A stretch of 64,000 nt of DNA from Nitrospirota bacterium. GTDB taxonomy: Bacteria > Nitrospirota > Thermodesulfovibrionia > Thermodesulfovibrionales > JdFR-86. The notes under the pieces are model-generated. The model was not told the DNA's origin. It ran no database searches and was given only the letters and a program-made list of their open reading frames with translations. Shown here piece after piece: positions 29,459 through 39,500 of the stretch. The stretch spans positions 576,001 to 640,000 of the forward strand of contig CAVRJY010000002.1 of the NCBI GenBank assembly GCA_963721805.1. Reading direction: 5' to 3'. Numbering within the stretch: position 1 is the stretch's first letter; each line of letters opens with the position of its first letter. Both the position numbers and the translations under genes were made by a program.

Positions 29459-30151
29459 TTATTTAGGCGGGCGGACGGCGAGCCAGATCGTATGCTGCCC
29501 GCCGCGTCCGCCGCCGCCGGACGTCCTCGCGCGCACGATGGTCTCGCTGACCTGAAACCCGGCCTGCTTGAGACGTTTTGTAAAGGGCTTGCTCGGCGCC
29601 GCCGACCATACGGCAAGCACGCCGCCGGGGCGGAGCGCCCTCATCGCGGCTGCCAGCCCATCGGGGCTGTAAAGCCTGTCGTTCGCGGTCCGGGTCAGGC
29701 CTTCCGGGCTGTTGTCGACGTCAAGGAGCATCGCGTCCCATGCCTCCTTCGCCCCGTGTATCATATCGGCCACGTCCGCCTCGACGACCTTCGTCCTGCG
29801 GTCTTCCGTGGGATGCCCGGCAACCTCAGAAAGCGGCCCTGTCGTATTCCACTCAATGACGTCGGGCGAGAGCTCTGCCACTACCACCTGCGCCTTCGGC
29901 CCGAGCAGCCTGAGCGCGGCTGCGGCAGTAAATCCCATACCAAGCCCCCCGACCAGCACCCGAGCGATTTTAACGTTAACGAGCTTCGCGCATGCGAGCT
30001 CCGCAAGCGCATCCTCAGAGGCATGCGCACGGCTATTCATCAGCTCATACCCTTCTAATCTTAGAGAGAACTCCATCCCACGGCGTGTGAGCCGCAGCTC
30101 GCCCCCGTCGCCCGGAAGAACTGCGACGCCGATCAGTTCCCAGGGGATCAT
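29459..30151 (-). CDS. Spermidine synthase-like SAM-dependent transferase
   Basis: VLVGGLGMGFT, LLDVDNSP, LRPGGVLAVWS. Confidence 0.85.
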   Translation of the reverse strand: MIPWELIGVAVLPGDGGELRLTRRGMEFSLRLEGYELMNSRAHASEDALAELACAKLVNVKIARVLVGGLGMGFTAAAALRLLGPKAQVVVAELSPDVIEWNTTGPLSEVAGHPTEDRRTKVVEADVADMIHGAKEAWDAMLLDVDNSPEGLTRTANDRLYSPDGLAAAMRALRPGGVLAVWSAAPSKPFTKRLKQAGFQVSETIVRARTSGGGGRGGQHTIWLAVRPPK

Positions 30152-30240
30152 GGCTGACCCGTATCGACGCAAATTTTCATTGAAGCTTAATCTACCCCTC
30201 TTTGGCTATGGGAGTCAATCTCGGTTATAATCTCTGCGAA

Positions 30241-31101
30241 ATGTCCGCGCTACGCAAGATAAGGCTGTACCTGGGGATGATAAAGTTCGCGCACTCGATC
30301 TTCGCGCTCCCGTTCGCGTTCACCGCGGCGCTGCTCGCCTCGGGCGGCATGCCGCCGCTCGGGAAGGTGCTCTGGATAGCGGTCGCGATGGTAGGCGCTC
30401 GAAGCGGGGCGATGGGCCTAAACCGCGTCATCGACATGAGGATCGACGCCGAGAATCCAAGGACAGCCACGCGCGAGATACCGGCCGGGAAGATCTCGAA
30501 GGCCAGCGCTCTTGGTTTCTCGATATTATCTCTGGGCGTGATGGTCTATGCCGCCGCGATGCTCAACCCCCTGTGCTTGCAGCTCTCGCCGCTTGCGATA
30601 GCGGTGCTGGTCGCATACTCATACGCCAAGCGGTTTACGTGGGGCGCGCACTTTATACTGGGCGTAGCGCTCGCGTTTGCGCCTCTGGGGGCGTGGGTCG
30701 CGATCAGGGGCACGCTGGATATCGAGGCCCTGCCTCTCGTGCTCGCGGTGCTGCTCTGGCTCCCTGGTTTTGACGTGCTTTACGCCCTGCAGGACATGGA
30801 GTATGACCGGAGGGTGGGGCTGTTTTCGATCCCCGCGCGCTTCGGCGTGCGCTCGACGCTCTATATCTCGCGGCTGCTGCACCTATGCTCCTGGTCGCTG
30901 CTTGTGCTAAACGGATTCATCTTCGGGCTCGGTCTGATGTACTGGATCGGCATGGCCGTGGTCGCCGCGCTGTTCATCTATGAGCACTCGCTCGTGAAGG
31001 AGGACGACCTGAGCAGGCTAGACATGGCGTTTTTCAACATGAACGGCTACATAAGCGTATCGGTCTTCGTATTCACCGTTCTTAGCTACGCTTTGAGTTG
31101 A
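30241..31101 (+). CDS. UbiA-family prenyltransferase (MqnP-like, futalosine pathway)
   Basis: IKFAHSIFALPFA, NRVIDMRIDAENPRT, FDVLYALQD, AFFNMNG. Confidence 0.88.
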   Translation: MSALRKIRLYLGMIKFAHSIFALPFAFTAALLASGGMPPLGKVLWIAVAMVGARSGAMGLNRVIDMRIDAENPRTATREIPAGKISKASALGFSILSLGVMVYAAAMLNPLCLQLSPLAIAVLVAYSYAKRFTWGAHFILGVALAFAPLGAWVAIRGTLDIEALPLVLAVLLWLPGFDVLYALQDMEYDRRVGLFSIPARFGVRSTLYISRLLHLCSWSLLVLNGFIFGLGLMYWIGMAVVAALFIYEHSLVKEDDLSRLDMAFFNMNGYISVSVFVFTVLSYALS

Positions 31102-31108
31102 TCCTGCG

Positions 31109-32092
31109 ATGTCGATGCTGGACCGGATCTTCCGCGCAATCGACGTGGACTTCTCCGCCAAGCTCCGCTGGCGTATGCGGTTCGACCGTAACCCGCTCTT
31201 CGTCACCCTGCAAGACAAATACGCGGTGAAGGAATACGCAAGAGTGCGGGAAGTGGATTCCCCAAAGCTCCTCTACGCAACGGACCGGCCTGAGACGATA
31301 CCGTTTGATGCTCTCCCGCCGAGCTACATGATCAAGGCCAACCACGGCAGCAGCTGGAACGTCCTTTGCCACAACTCCGAGCTCTACCGCTTTCGTAATG
31401 GGAAGGAGCTTGTCATGGCGGGCGGCGAATTTCTGGATGCTGCCCTTGCTGCCAAAAACAGGATCACCAGGGAAGAGGCCATCAGCCTCTGCACGGCCTG
31501 GCTCGGCAGGAGGTTCGTCAAGCGGGAATGGGCCTACCAGCATATCAGACCAAGGATAATAGTCGAGGAGCTGCTTGCGCCAGCGGACGGAGAAGCGCTA
31601 AAGGACTACAAGTTCTACGTGTTCGACGGCGTGGTGAAGGCGCTCTACGTCGGGTCGCCCATTTACAGGCGCGACGATGCGACGGCCTTCTTCTACCCGG
31701 ACTGGACCGAGATAAGGATGACCAAGTCCCGCTTCAGGCCACCTGAGCCGATGCCGCAGAGGCCGGAGAGACTCGCGGAGCTTATCGATGCTGCCCAGCG
31801 GCTGGCGGAAGGCCTGGATTTCGCCCGCGTGGACATGTACGTTACCGGCAGGGGCGTATTGCTTGGCGAGGTAACGATCTATCCCCACGGCGGGACGCTT
31901 GCTACCCTGGCGCCATGCAAGGTATTCGACAGGTGGCTCGGGAGCCACTGGAGGCTCGGCCGGGCCGACGCGGCGGTCGCGTACATATGGGATCTGTTGC
32001 TCCGGGGGTTCTTCGACCGCGAGCAAGGCAGATGCGAACGCCGGGCCAGAAGAAAGAAGGCCCGGGCCCGACGCCGGCGCAATTCGCCATGA
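31109..32092 (+). CDS. TupA-like ATP-grasp protein
   Basis: DKYAVKEY, IKANHGS, EWAYQHIRPRIIVEELL, DYKFYVFDG, FARVDMY. Confidence 0.85.
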   Translation: MSMLDRIFRAIDVDFSAKLRWRMRFDRNPLFVTLQDKYAVKEYARVREVDSPKLLYATDRPETIPFDALPPSYMIKANHGSSWNVLCHNSELYRFRNGKELVMAGGEFLDAALAAKNRITREEAISLCTAWLGRRFVKREWAYQHIRPRIIVEELLAPADGEALKDYKFYVFDGVVKALYVGSPIYRRDDATAFFYPDWTEIRMTKSRFRPPEPMPQRPERLAELIDAAQRLAEGLDFARVDMYVTGRGVLLGEVTIYPHGGTLATLAPCKVFDRWLGSHWRLGRADAAVAYIWDLLLRGFFDREQGRCERRARRKKARARRRRNSP

Positions 32093-32296
32093 CCTTGTCA
32101 TGATACACGTGTGATATAATTTCCGTTATGCGCCGGGTACTTATGCCCCTTGATGGCGTAGCCGGGACGGCTGCGATTGTCCCTGCGCTCACCAGAGCCG
32201 ATCCGGCCCGGAAGACCGTGCTTTGCGGCCCCGTCGTGACGCCCGGCTGCAAATGGTTTTTTATAGCCCCATAATTTTATATACTAATAGCTATAC

Positions 32297-35200
32297 ATGG
32301 AAAGCGAAGACAACAGGGTCCCAGGGCGCAGGTTTCCCGTTCTGAAGCTGACCGCGCTATTTGTGGCGATCGCGCTCCTTGGCGGTCTGACGCTGTTTCT
32401 GCGCGGCCCGTACGTCTCGAACTTCCTGAAGATGACCATCCTGTCCGAGGTCAGCTCCGCCACCGGCCAGCAGGTCATTGCCAGCAAGCTCTACATGAAC
32501 CTCTACCCGCTCTCGGTCGAGGCCAGGGGCGTCAAGGGCTTCGCCCTGGACGGCACCAGGCTGTTCAGCGCCGAGCGCGTCAAGGCCTACATCGGGCTCT
32601 CCGACATACTCCAGCGCAAGCTCCGCTTCACGCGCATCGTGCTCGTCAGGCCCGAGCTCCAGGCTGACGATGCCCGGCTCGTCGAGGTCAGCGACAACGT
32701 CAAGACGTACAAGAAGGGCAAGCGCGGCCTCGTCAGCATCTCGGCTGACACCATAAATATCCTCCATGGGAGCGCTTCGATCCACCAGCTCAAGACGAAC
32801 ACGATCCAGAGCGCAAGCGAGATCAACGCCGAGATAGTGCTCAGGAAGCAGCCGGAGGCCCGCTTCTCCGTAGGGCACCTCGATGCCCTGTTCGGCGGGC
32901 AGCGCAGGATTCAGGCCTCCGCGAAGGGCTATGCCGTGTTCGACGGCGGGCAGGTCGTGCTCAAGGAGTTCGAGATCGAGTCGAACAAGGCCAGGCTCAG
33001 CGCCACCGGCACTTACCAAAAAGGCGACAAGGGCGTCTTCGAGGTCAAGGCCTCGGTCCCTGTGAGTTCGCTTCGCGACCTCTTCGCGCTGACCCGCCCG
33101 ACCGACGGCTCGATCGAGCTTGCCGGTTCAGTCAGGCTCGACGGCGACCGCTTCAATCCCACGCTGGATATGAAAGTGAAGGGCTCGATCTACCTCGAGA
33201 CCTTTATGGAGTTTTTCGGGCCGCAGAAAGAAGAGCCGATCAAAGGCTATGCCGCATTCGACGGCACGATCAAGGGTCCGCTCAAGGCGCTGAAGGGCGA
33301 CGGCAGGGCGAGGCTCCTCAAGGGCGGCGGCGGGTTCTATGGCGTGAACGTGCAGAGCGCAGAGTGCAGGGTGACCTACACCCCCCAGAGGCTGAGCTTC
33401 CTTGACGGCAAGGTCAGCCTCTATAACGGCCGCGCGGACGCGGACGTCTGGCTCCAGATGCCGCACATCGACACCTTCGGCATGAAGATCAAGTACGAGG
33501 ACGTCGACAGCCGGCCCATCTTTGGGCTGATAGGGCTCGACGGCATCGGCCTGCCCGGGGGCAAGGTGCGCGGCGAATTAGCCTCGGACAGCCGCGAGTT
33601 CGACCCCTCCGGATGGGTCATATACAACGCGACCGAGTCGGGGGCTAACGCCGTCGAGCGCGTCCGCTCCCTCGATGGGCGGTACAGCGTCGCAGGGCAG
33701 ACCGTCACAATAAGCTCGGCCGACGTGCGCACCGCCCGCTCTCACGCGGCATTCGACGGCACCTTCATGCTTGATACCAAGGCCCTGAACTTCAGGACGC
33801 GGCTCCAGAGCGAGGATATAAGCGAGCTGACCGCGCCGTTTTATAACGGGGTGCGGGGCGGCGCCACGTACGCCGGCACGCTCACCGGCACCTCGGACGA
33901 CCCGCACTTCAAGGCGCATATCGAATCCGCGGACCTCTCGGTCGGCGCATACCGCGTAGGCGGCGCGAGCGTTGATGCGGAGTACGGCAAGCACCTCCTC
34001 GTCATATCCCATGCAGAGGCCGGCGACGGCCAGCGCAGGTACGACGGCAGCGGAAAGATAAGCTTCCCAGGCGCGAAGGAAATCCTCCAGATCGACGATG
34101 GGGTCTATGACCTTACGGTCGGCCTGCACAGGGCCGACCTCCGGGGGCTGGCCGCGCTCTTCGGGGTAAGGACGACCTCGTTCGGAGGCAACCTCGACAC
34201 CACGCTCACGGTGCATGGCCGCGGCGCATACCCCGAGGTCTCGGGGCAGCTCGGCGTCTCGGACGGCGATATACTCGGGCGGGCGGTGCCCACGGCCTCG
34301 GCCGCGCTCTATTACGACAGGCGCTCTCTCAGGGTCGAAAACGGCCTGTTGGGCCGCGAAGGCGCGATGGTCGTCTTCAGCGGTTCGATCGACTCGGCCG
34401 ACCGCCTCGAGTTCAAGGCATCGTCGGCCGCGATACCGGCCAAATTCCTGTTCCTCACCCCGGAGCCCGTGGAGCAGAAGATATCGTTTAACGCTACGGG
34501 CGGCGGGACTCTCAAGGAACCGGAAATGAAAGTGGCCGCCCGCCTGGATAACGGCGAGCTTGCGGGCATGCAGATGCCCGGCGGCGAGGCCGAACTCACG
34601 GTCAGGGGCGGGGAGGCCGCCTTCAGCGCATCGCTCAACAACGGCAGCCTAAAGGTCAACGGTAAGGCGTCGCTCACGGCCGACCTCCCCTGGAGCGCCG
34701 AGGTGAGCTCAACCAACGGGCGGTATGATTTTCTCTCCGGGCTGTTCATGAAGGACATCCCCGAGGACCTGATGATATCCCTTGGCGGCACCGCCGAGCT
34801 GAAGGGCACCCGAGACAGCATAGGCGGCAGGGTCCTCATCAAGGACGTCAATGTCTCGATGTACGGGCAGTCGTTCGGCAACGCCGGTGACATAGCGATC
34901 GCCCTCGACGGCGACAGGCTCGATTTCAGCAGTTTCAAGCTCAGGGCCGGCGCCCTGACGCTCACGGTCTCGGGCGGTACGAGGATCGGCAAGGACTATG
35001 ACCTCACGCTTGAGGGCCGCTCTCAGCTTGCCCCGTTTAAGCCCCTGATCCCCAAGATCGAGGACCTCCGCGGGACCGGAGAGTTCTCGATACGCGTCAA
35101 GGGGCCTTGGCGCGAGCCGTCGCTCAACGGCAGGCTGACGCTCAACGACGCCACGCTCGCCCTCAAGGGGCTTAACCAGAGGCTCACGTCACTAAACGGC

Positions 35201-36292
35201 GCCTGCCTGTTCGACGGCTCTAGGATTGTGTTTCAGGGCGTCTCGGGCAAGGTCGGCGGGGGCGACGTGAGCATCGGCGGCTATGTCGGCATCAAGGGCA
35301 TCGCGATAGAACAGGCGTATATCAACATGAAGGTCTCTCAGGTGACCGCGCTCGTCGCAAAGGGGTTCGTAGTGACGTTTGACGGCAACGTGCTCTATCG
35401 CGACACCGGGGGGGGCGACAGGGACATCACTGGCGACATCGTGATATCGCGCGCCAGATACACCGAGCGGCTCGAATGGAAGAGCTGGCTCATCGCGGCC
35501 CGCAAGCTGGAATCCCCCGAGATCGAGAAGACCTGGGCCGACCAGATAAAGCTGAACCTGCGCGTCTTCGGCGACAGGACGATCACGGTCGAAAACAACA
35601 TCGTGCGCACCGCGCTTAAGATGGACATCAGGTTTCTGGGCACGATAGGCGAGCCGCTCCTGTTCGGGAGGATCGAGGCCAATGACGGGAAGGTCTACTT
35701 CCGCAACAGCGAGTTTCAGATCAACAACATCACGGCCGATTACTCCAACACCCGCGGCGCGGACCCTTACATCACCGTGCTGGCCGAGACCCTCGTCAAG
35801 GGCTACCGCGTCAAGCTAAACCTCGAAGGCAGGCTCGACAAGTTCGACCTCATACTGGCCTCGGACCCGCCGCTGGACGAGGTCCAGATACTGAGCCTCC
35901 TGACGCTCGGCAGGTTCGGCGACAACCTGCGCGGGCTCGAAGGCGGCATCGGCGCCGCCGAGGCCACGTCTTTCGTCACCGGCCACCTCCAGGATACGGT
36001 CGAGGAAAAGCTCAAGGACATAACCGGAATAGACCGCGTCGACGTCGAGCCTTACGTCGCCGGCACCACGCAATCGCCCAGCTCGGCCTCGACCGTGACG
36101 CCGCGCGTCACGGTATCGAAGGAGCTCGTAAACAACAAGCTCTTCGTGACGTACGCGGCCCCGATAGGGGCGGCCCAGGAGCAGTCGCTCCTGCTTGAGT
36201 ACATGATCAACAACAGCGTCTCAGTGCAGGGCGGCCGCGACGAGCTCGGATCGGCCGGCGGGGACTTGAAGTTCAGGTTCAAGTTCAAGTGA
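32297..36292 (+). CDS. tamB: Translocation/assembly module TamB family protein
   Basis: N-terminal TM anchor, long beta-rich body, DUF490-like C-terminus (SDPPLDEVQILSLL). Confidence 0.88.
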   Translation: MESEDNRVPGRRFPVLKLTALFVAIALLGGLTLFLRGPYVSNFLKMTILSEVSSATGQQVIASKLYMNLYPLSVEARGVKGFALDGTRLFSAERVKAYIGLSDILQRKLRFTRIVLVRPELQADDARLVEVSDNVKTYKKGKRGLVSISADTINILHGSASIHQLKTNTIQSASEINAEIVLRKQPEARFSVGHLDALFGGQRRIQASAKGYAVFDGGQVVLKEFEIESNKARLSATGTYQKGDKGVFEVKASVPVSSLRDLFALTRPTDGSIELAGSVRLDGDRFNPTLDMKVKGSIYLETFMEFFGPQKEEPIKGYAAFDGTIKGPLKALKGDGRARLLKGGGGFYGVNVQSAECRVTYTPQRLSFLDGKVSLYNGRADADVWLQMPHIDTFGMKIKYEDVDSRPIFGLIGLDGIGLPGGKVRGELASDSREFDPSGWVIYNATESGANAVERVRSLDGRYSVAGQTVTISSADVRTARSHAAFDGTFMLDTKALNFRTRLQSEDISELTAPFYNGVRGGATYAGTLTGTSDDPHFKAHIESADLSVGAYRVGGASVDAEYGKHLLVISHAEAGDGQRRYDGSGKISFPGAKEILQIDDGVYDLTVGLHRADLRGLAALFGVRTTSFGGNLDTTLTVHGRGAYPEVSGQLGVSDGDILGRAVPTASAALYYDRRSLRVENGLLGREGAMVVFSGSIDSADRLEFKASSAAIPAKFLFLTPEPVEQKISFNATGGGTLKEPEMKVAARLDNGELAGMQMPGGEAELTVRGGEAAFSASLNNGSLKVNGKASLTADLPWSAEVSSTNGRYDFLSGLFMKDIPEDLMISLGGTAELKGTRDSIGGRVLIKDVNVSMYGQSFGNAGDIAIALDGDRLDFSSFKLRAGALTLTVSGGTRIGKDYDLTLEGRSQLAPFKPLIPKIEDLRGTGEFSIRVKGPWREPSLNGRLTLNDATLALKGLNQRLTSLNGACLFDGSRIVFQGVSGKVGGGDVSIGGYVGIKGIAIEQAYINMKVSQVTALVAKGFVVTFDGNVLYRDTGGGDRDITGDIVISRARYTERLEWKSWLIAARKLESPEIEKTWADQIKLNLRVFGDRTITVENNIVRTALKMDIRFLGTIGEPLLFGRIEANDGKVYFRNSEFQINNITADYSNTRGADPYITVLAETLVKGYRVKLNLEGRLDKFDLILASDPPLDEVQILSLLTLGRFGDNLRGLEGGIGAAEATSFVTGHLQDTVEEKLKDITGIDRVDVEPYVAGTTQSPSSASTVTPRVTVSKELVNNKLFVTYAAPIGAAQEQSLLLEYMINNSVSVQGGRDELGSAGGDLKFRFKFK

Positions 36293-38964
36293 GAATTCAT
36301 GTCGGTCACTTAATGGCGGCTCTCCTTATATGCCTGTTTTTGTGCGGCACGGCGTCTGCCTTCATGGTGACGGACGTGCAGATCGAGGGCCTGGGCTCTA
36401 CGAGCAGGACCGAGATCCTCGACCTGCTGGGGATCAAAAAGGGCGCGGAGACCGACGACGGGAAGATCTCGGAGGGCATTAAACGCGCCTTCCTGAAGGG
36501 GGCCTTTGATGACATCACGGTCGAGGCCCCGGACGAGGCGCCCGGGAAACTGATCATAAAGGTCAGGGAGAAGGACGTAATAGACTCCATCAAGGTGACC
36601 GGCAACCGCAAGGTGAAGGACTCCTTCGTACTGAAGGCGCTGGGCTATAAGGAAGATGACTACCTGCAGTACGAGGACCTCGAAAAAAAGCGCGCGGCGC
36701 TGGTCGCGGCCCTCGCATACGGCGGGTACCCTTCGGCTGATGCGCAAATCAAGGTCGAGAGGCTCAGGAAGCCCTACAGGGTCAGGCTTGTGGTCTTGGT
36801 CTCGGAGGGCAAGCCGCTCATGATAAAGTCCATCGAGTTTCCGGGCCTCCCCAAGACAATAGCCAGGCCGTCCCTGGGGGTCTCGGCCGGCGATGTCTAT
36901 GACCGGTATGCGCTCGATGCCGGCATCGTGAAGCTGAAGGCGAAGTACAAGGACGACGGGTATCTGAAACCCGCGGTCGGCCCATACGAGTTCTCGGAGG
37001 GTGTGCTGCGCGTCAATGACGATCCGGGACCCAAGCTTAAGATAGCGCTCAACGGCAACAGCGTGCTGAGCAACAAAGACATCCTGGCGAAGCTGCCGTT
37101 TTTCGATGTCGGGGAGATCAACGACGGCCTGATCGCGGAGGGCGTCGACAACATCATGGACCTCTACCGCGAGAAGGGGTATGTAAAGGCCCAGGTGGCC
37201 CCGGTCCTCGACAGGGCCGACGGGCTGATAACGTTTCACATGTTTATCCACGAGGGCGGCAAGGTCACGGTCAAGTCGATAGAGTTTCAGGGCAACTCGC
37301 TGCCTGCGGCGAAGCTTATGCAGATCATGACCCTCCAGAGCGGCGGCCCATACGACCCCGCTGCGCTAAAGAGCTCCATACAGGCCCTCATCGAGTTTTA
37401 CCGCTCGCTCGGTTACGTCGCGGCAGCGGTCGCGGAGCCCTCTGTCACTATCGTTAACGATTCCGCCGCCAGCATCCTGATCAAGATAACCGAGGGCGGA
37501 AAGTACGTGATCAGCCGCGTGGAGGTCGAGGGGGCCACGAGCATCCCCGTGGCCGATGTTCGCAAGCAGATCGGCATAAAGGACGGGGCTCAGTATAACG
37601 AGGTGGATATCGCCGACGCCAGAAGGCGGGTCATCTCGCTCTATAGGGGCAAGGGGTTCGTCAACTGCTCGATAGACGTCACGCGCAGCGCCGAGACGGA
37701 CCTTTCGTACCTGATCACGTTCAAGGTCAAGGAGGGTGAGCGGTTCACGTTCGGGCATACGATAGTGTCGGGCAACCGCACCGTGCGCTACAGGGTCATC
37801 GAGCGTGAGCTGACGTACGCCGAGGGCGAGACCTTCAATCCCGACAGCATAACCGCGACCCGAAGGGCGCTGTATAAGCTCGGGCTGTTCTCCGACCTGC
37901 AGTTCACGACCGAGCCCGCCGGCGACCACAGGATGGACGTCCTCATAAACGCGGTCGAGGACGAGGCCGGCTCGGTCGAGGTCAGCGTCGGGTACGGCGA
38001 GTATGAAAGATACCGCGGCGCCGTGGACATAAGCTACCGCAACCTCTTCGGGATGAACCGCACCCTCTCGTTTATCGCGTATGCCGATACCCTGTCCAAC
38101 AAATATACGCTCAAGTATTACGAGCCCTGGGTGTTTGACCATAAGCTCCCGCTGACGGCGTCCGTCTCGACCGAGAAGACGACGTTCAAGAACATCGATA
38201 CCGGCAGGACCAATTACAAGCTCGACCGCCAGATAGCGGAACTCAGCACCGAGCGCAGCCTGAGCGAGCACCTGAAGTGGAGCCTCGCATACGACTTCAC
38301 GTTAGTCAAGACATACGACGTGCAGAAGGACATCATCCTTACCAGGGACGACACCGGCACGGTCGCGATCAGCGGCTTTACCCCCGCGCTGACCTTCGAC
38401 ACCCGCGACAACCCGTTTAACCCCAAAAGCGGAGTCTTCGCGGGGCTGTCGCTTAAGGGGACGAGTTCCGCGTTCCTGTCGCAGGCCGATTTCGTCAAGA
38501 CGATCGCTCACCTAAACGCATACCAGTCGCTCGCCAGGTGGCTGGTGCTCGCCGGTTCGGTGCGCGGCGGGATAGCCGAGAGCTTCGACAAATCAAAGGC
38601 GCTGCCCCTGGTCGAGCGGTTTTTCCTTGGCGGCAGGGACACCGTGCGCGGCTATGCGCAGGACACGCTCGGCCCCAGGGGAAAAAACGGCGACCCCACA
38701 GGCGGGGACGCGTACGTCTGCGGCAACCTCGAGCTTCGGTGGCTGGTCTACGGCAACTGGAGCATAACGACCTTCGTCGATGCAGGCAACGTCTGGGTCC
38801 AGAGCGGCGGCACCAACCCCTGGGACCTCAGATACACCACGGGCGGGGGCATAGAGTATGGGACTCCGGTCGGGCCGCTGCGCGTGGAGTACGGCTACAA
38901 ACTCAACAAGCGGCCCGGCGAGAGCCCGGGCGAGCTGCACTTCAGCATAGGGTACGCTTTTTAG
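36289..38964 (+). CDS. Omp85 family protein (BamA/TamA-like) with multiple POTRA domains
   Basis: POTRA repeats, ERFFLGGRDTVRGY, TPVGPLR, terminal GYAF. Confidence 0.9.
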   Translation: MRIHVGHLMAALLICLFLCGTASAFMVTDVQIEGLGSTSRTEILDLLGIKKGAETDDGKISEGIKRAFLKGAFDDITVEAPDEAPGKLIIKVREKDVIDSIKVTGNRKVKDSFVLKALGYKEDDYLQYEDLEKKRAALVAALAYGGYPSADAQIKVERLRKPYRVRLVVLVSEGKPLMIKSIEFPGLPKTIARPSLGVSAGDVYDRYALDAGIVKLKAKYKDDGYLKPAVGPYEFSEGVLRVNDDPGPKLKIALNGNSVLSNKDILAKLPFFDVGEINDGLIAEGVDNIMDLYREKGYVKAQVAPVLDRADGLITFHMFIHEGGKVTVKSIEFQGNSLPAAKLMQIMTLQSGGPYDPAALKSSIQALIEFYRSLGYVAAAVAEPSVTIVNDSAASILIKITEGGKYVISRVEVEGATSIPVADVRKQIGIKDGAQYNEVDIADARRRVISLYRGKGFVNCSIDVTRSAETDLSYLITFKVKEGERFTFGHTIVSGNRTVRYRVIERELTYAEGETFNPDSITATRRALYKLGLFSDLQFTTEPAGDHRMDVLINAVEDEAGSVEVSVGYGEYERYRGAVDISYRNLFGMNRTLSFIAYADTLSNKYTLKYYEPWVFDHKLPLTASVSTEKTTFKNIDTGRTNYKLDRQIAELSTERSLSEHLKWSLAYDFTLVKTYDVQKDIILTRDDTGTVAISGFTPALTFDTRDNPFNPKSGVFAGLSLKGTSSAFLSQADFVKTIAHLNAYQSLARWLVLAGSVRGGIAESFDKSKALPLVERFFLGGRDTVRGYAQDTLGPRGKNGDPTGGDAYVCGNLELRWLVYGNWSITTFVDAGNVWVQSGGTNPWDLRYTTGGGIEYGTPVGPLRVEYGYKLNKRPGESPGELHFSIGYAF

Positions 38965-38965
38965 A

Positions 38966-39445
38966 TCACTGGACCAAAACGCGTATGCTCGATGAGGCGC
39001 GCAGTTGTTTTATCAGCTCCAGGAGCCTCCGGTTGAACTCCTCCTCCATCATGGTCCGCTCGATTGCGTCCCGTGCGTCTTCATAACTCTTGCCGGCGAA
39101 TTCATCGGGGTGCGCGTCATAGTATCCCCTCATTTTGTCTTCGGGTATCAGGATCGCAGAGCGGACCTTGATGTTCAGGAACTCCGTGACGGCCGTTTCA
39201 TCGTCGTTGTAATCGATGTGGGCCCGCCGGGCCTCGCGGACCAGCAGGTAGCGGTCGATGATCGAATTGAGCACGGCCGCGCGAGTGACGGTCCGGTCCG
39301 CGGCTGCGGCCTTCGCGTATGCCCCGTCGAGGTCCCTCTCCGTGATCGCGTAGTCGTCGACGAACGCCGCGACGCGGTCGATCACGCGCGCCTCGCACAC
39401 CGACGCGAGGGCCAGTATAATCGTGAACATAACAGCGGCGCGCAT
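38966..39445 (-). CDS. SurA N-terminal domain periplasmic protein
   Basis: Signal peptide, VIDRVAAFVDDYAIT..D, no PPIase domain. Confidence 0.75.
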   Translation of the reverse strand: MRAAVMFTIILALASVCEARVIDRVAAFVDDYAITERDLDGAYAKAAAADRTVTRAAVLNSIIDRYLLVREARRAHIDYNDDETAVTEFLNIKVRSAILIPEDKMRGYYDAHPDEFAGKSYEDARDAIERTMMEEEFNRRLLELIKQLRASSSIRVLVQ

Positions 39446-39500
39446 GCTTAAAGATACCACAAAATTGCGCTTCCTGAGGCAGGCCTCGTATAATCATCTG

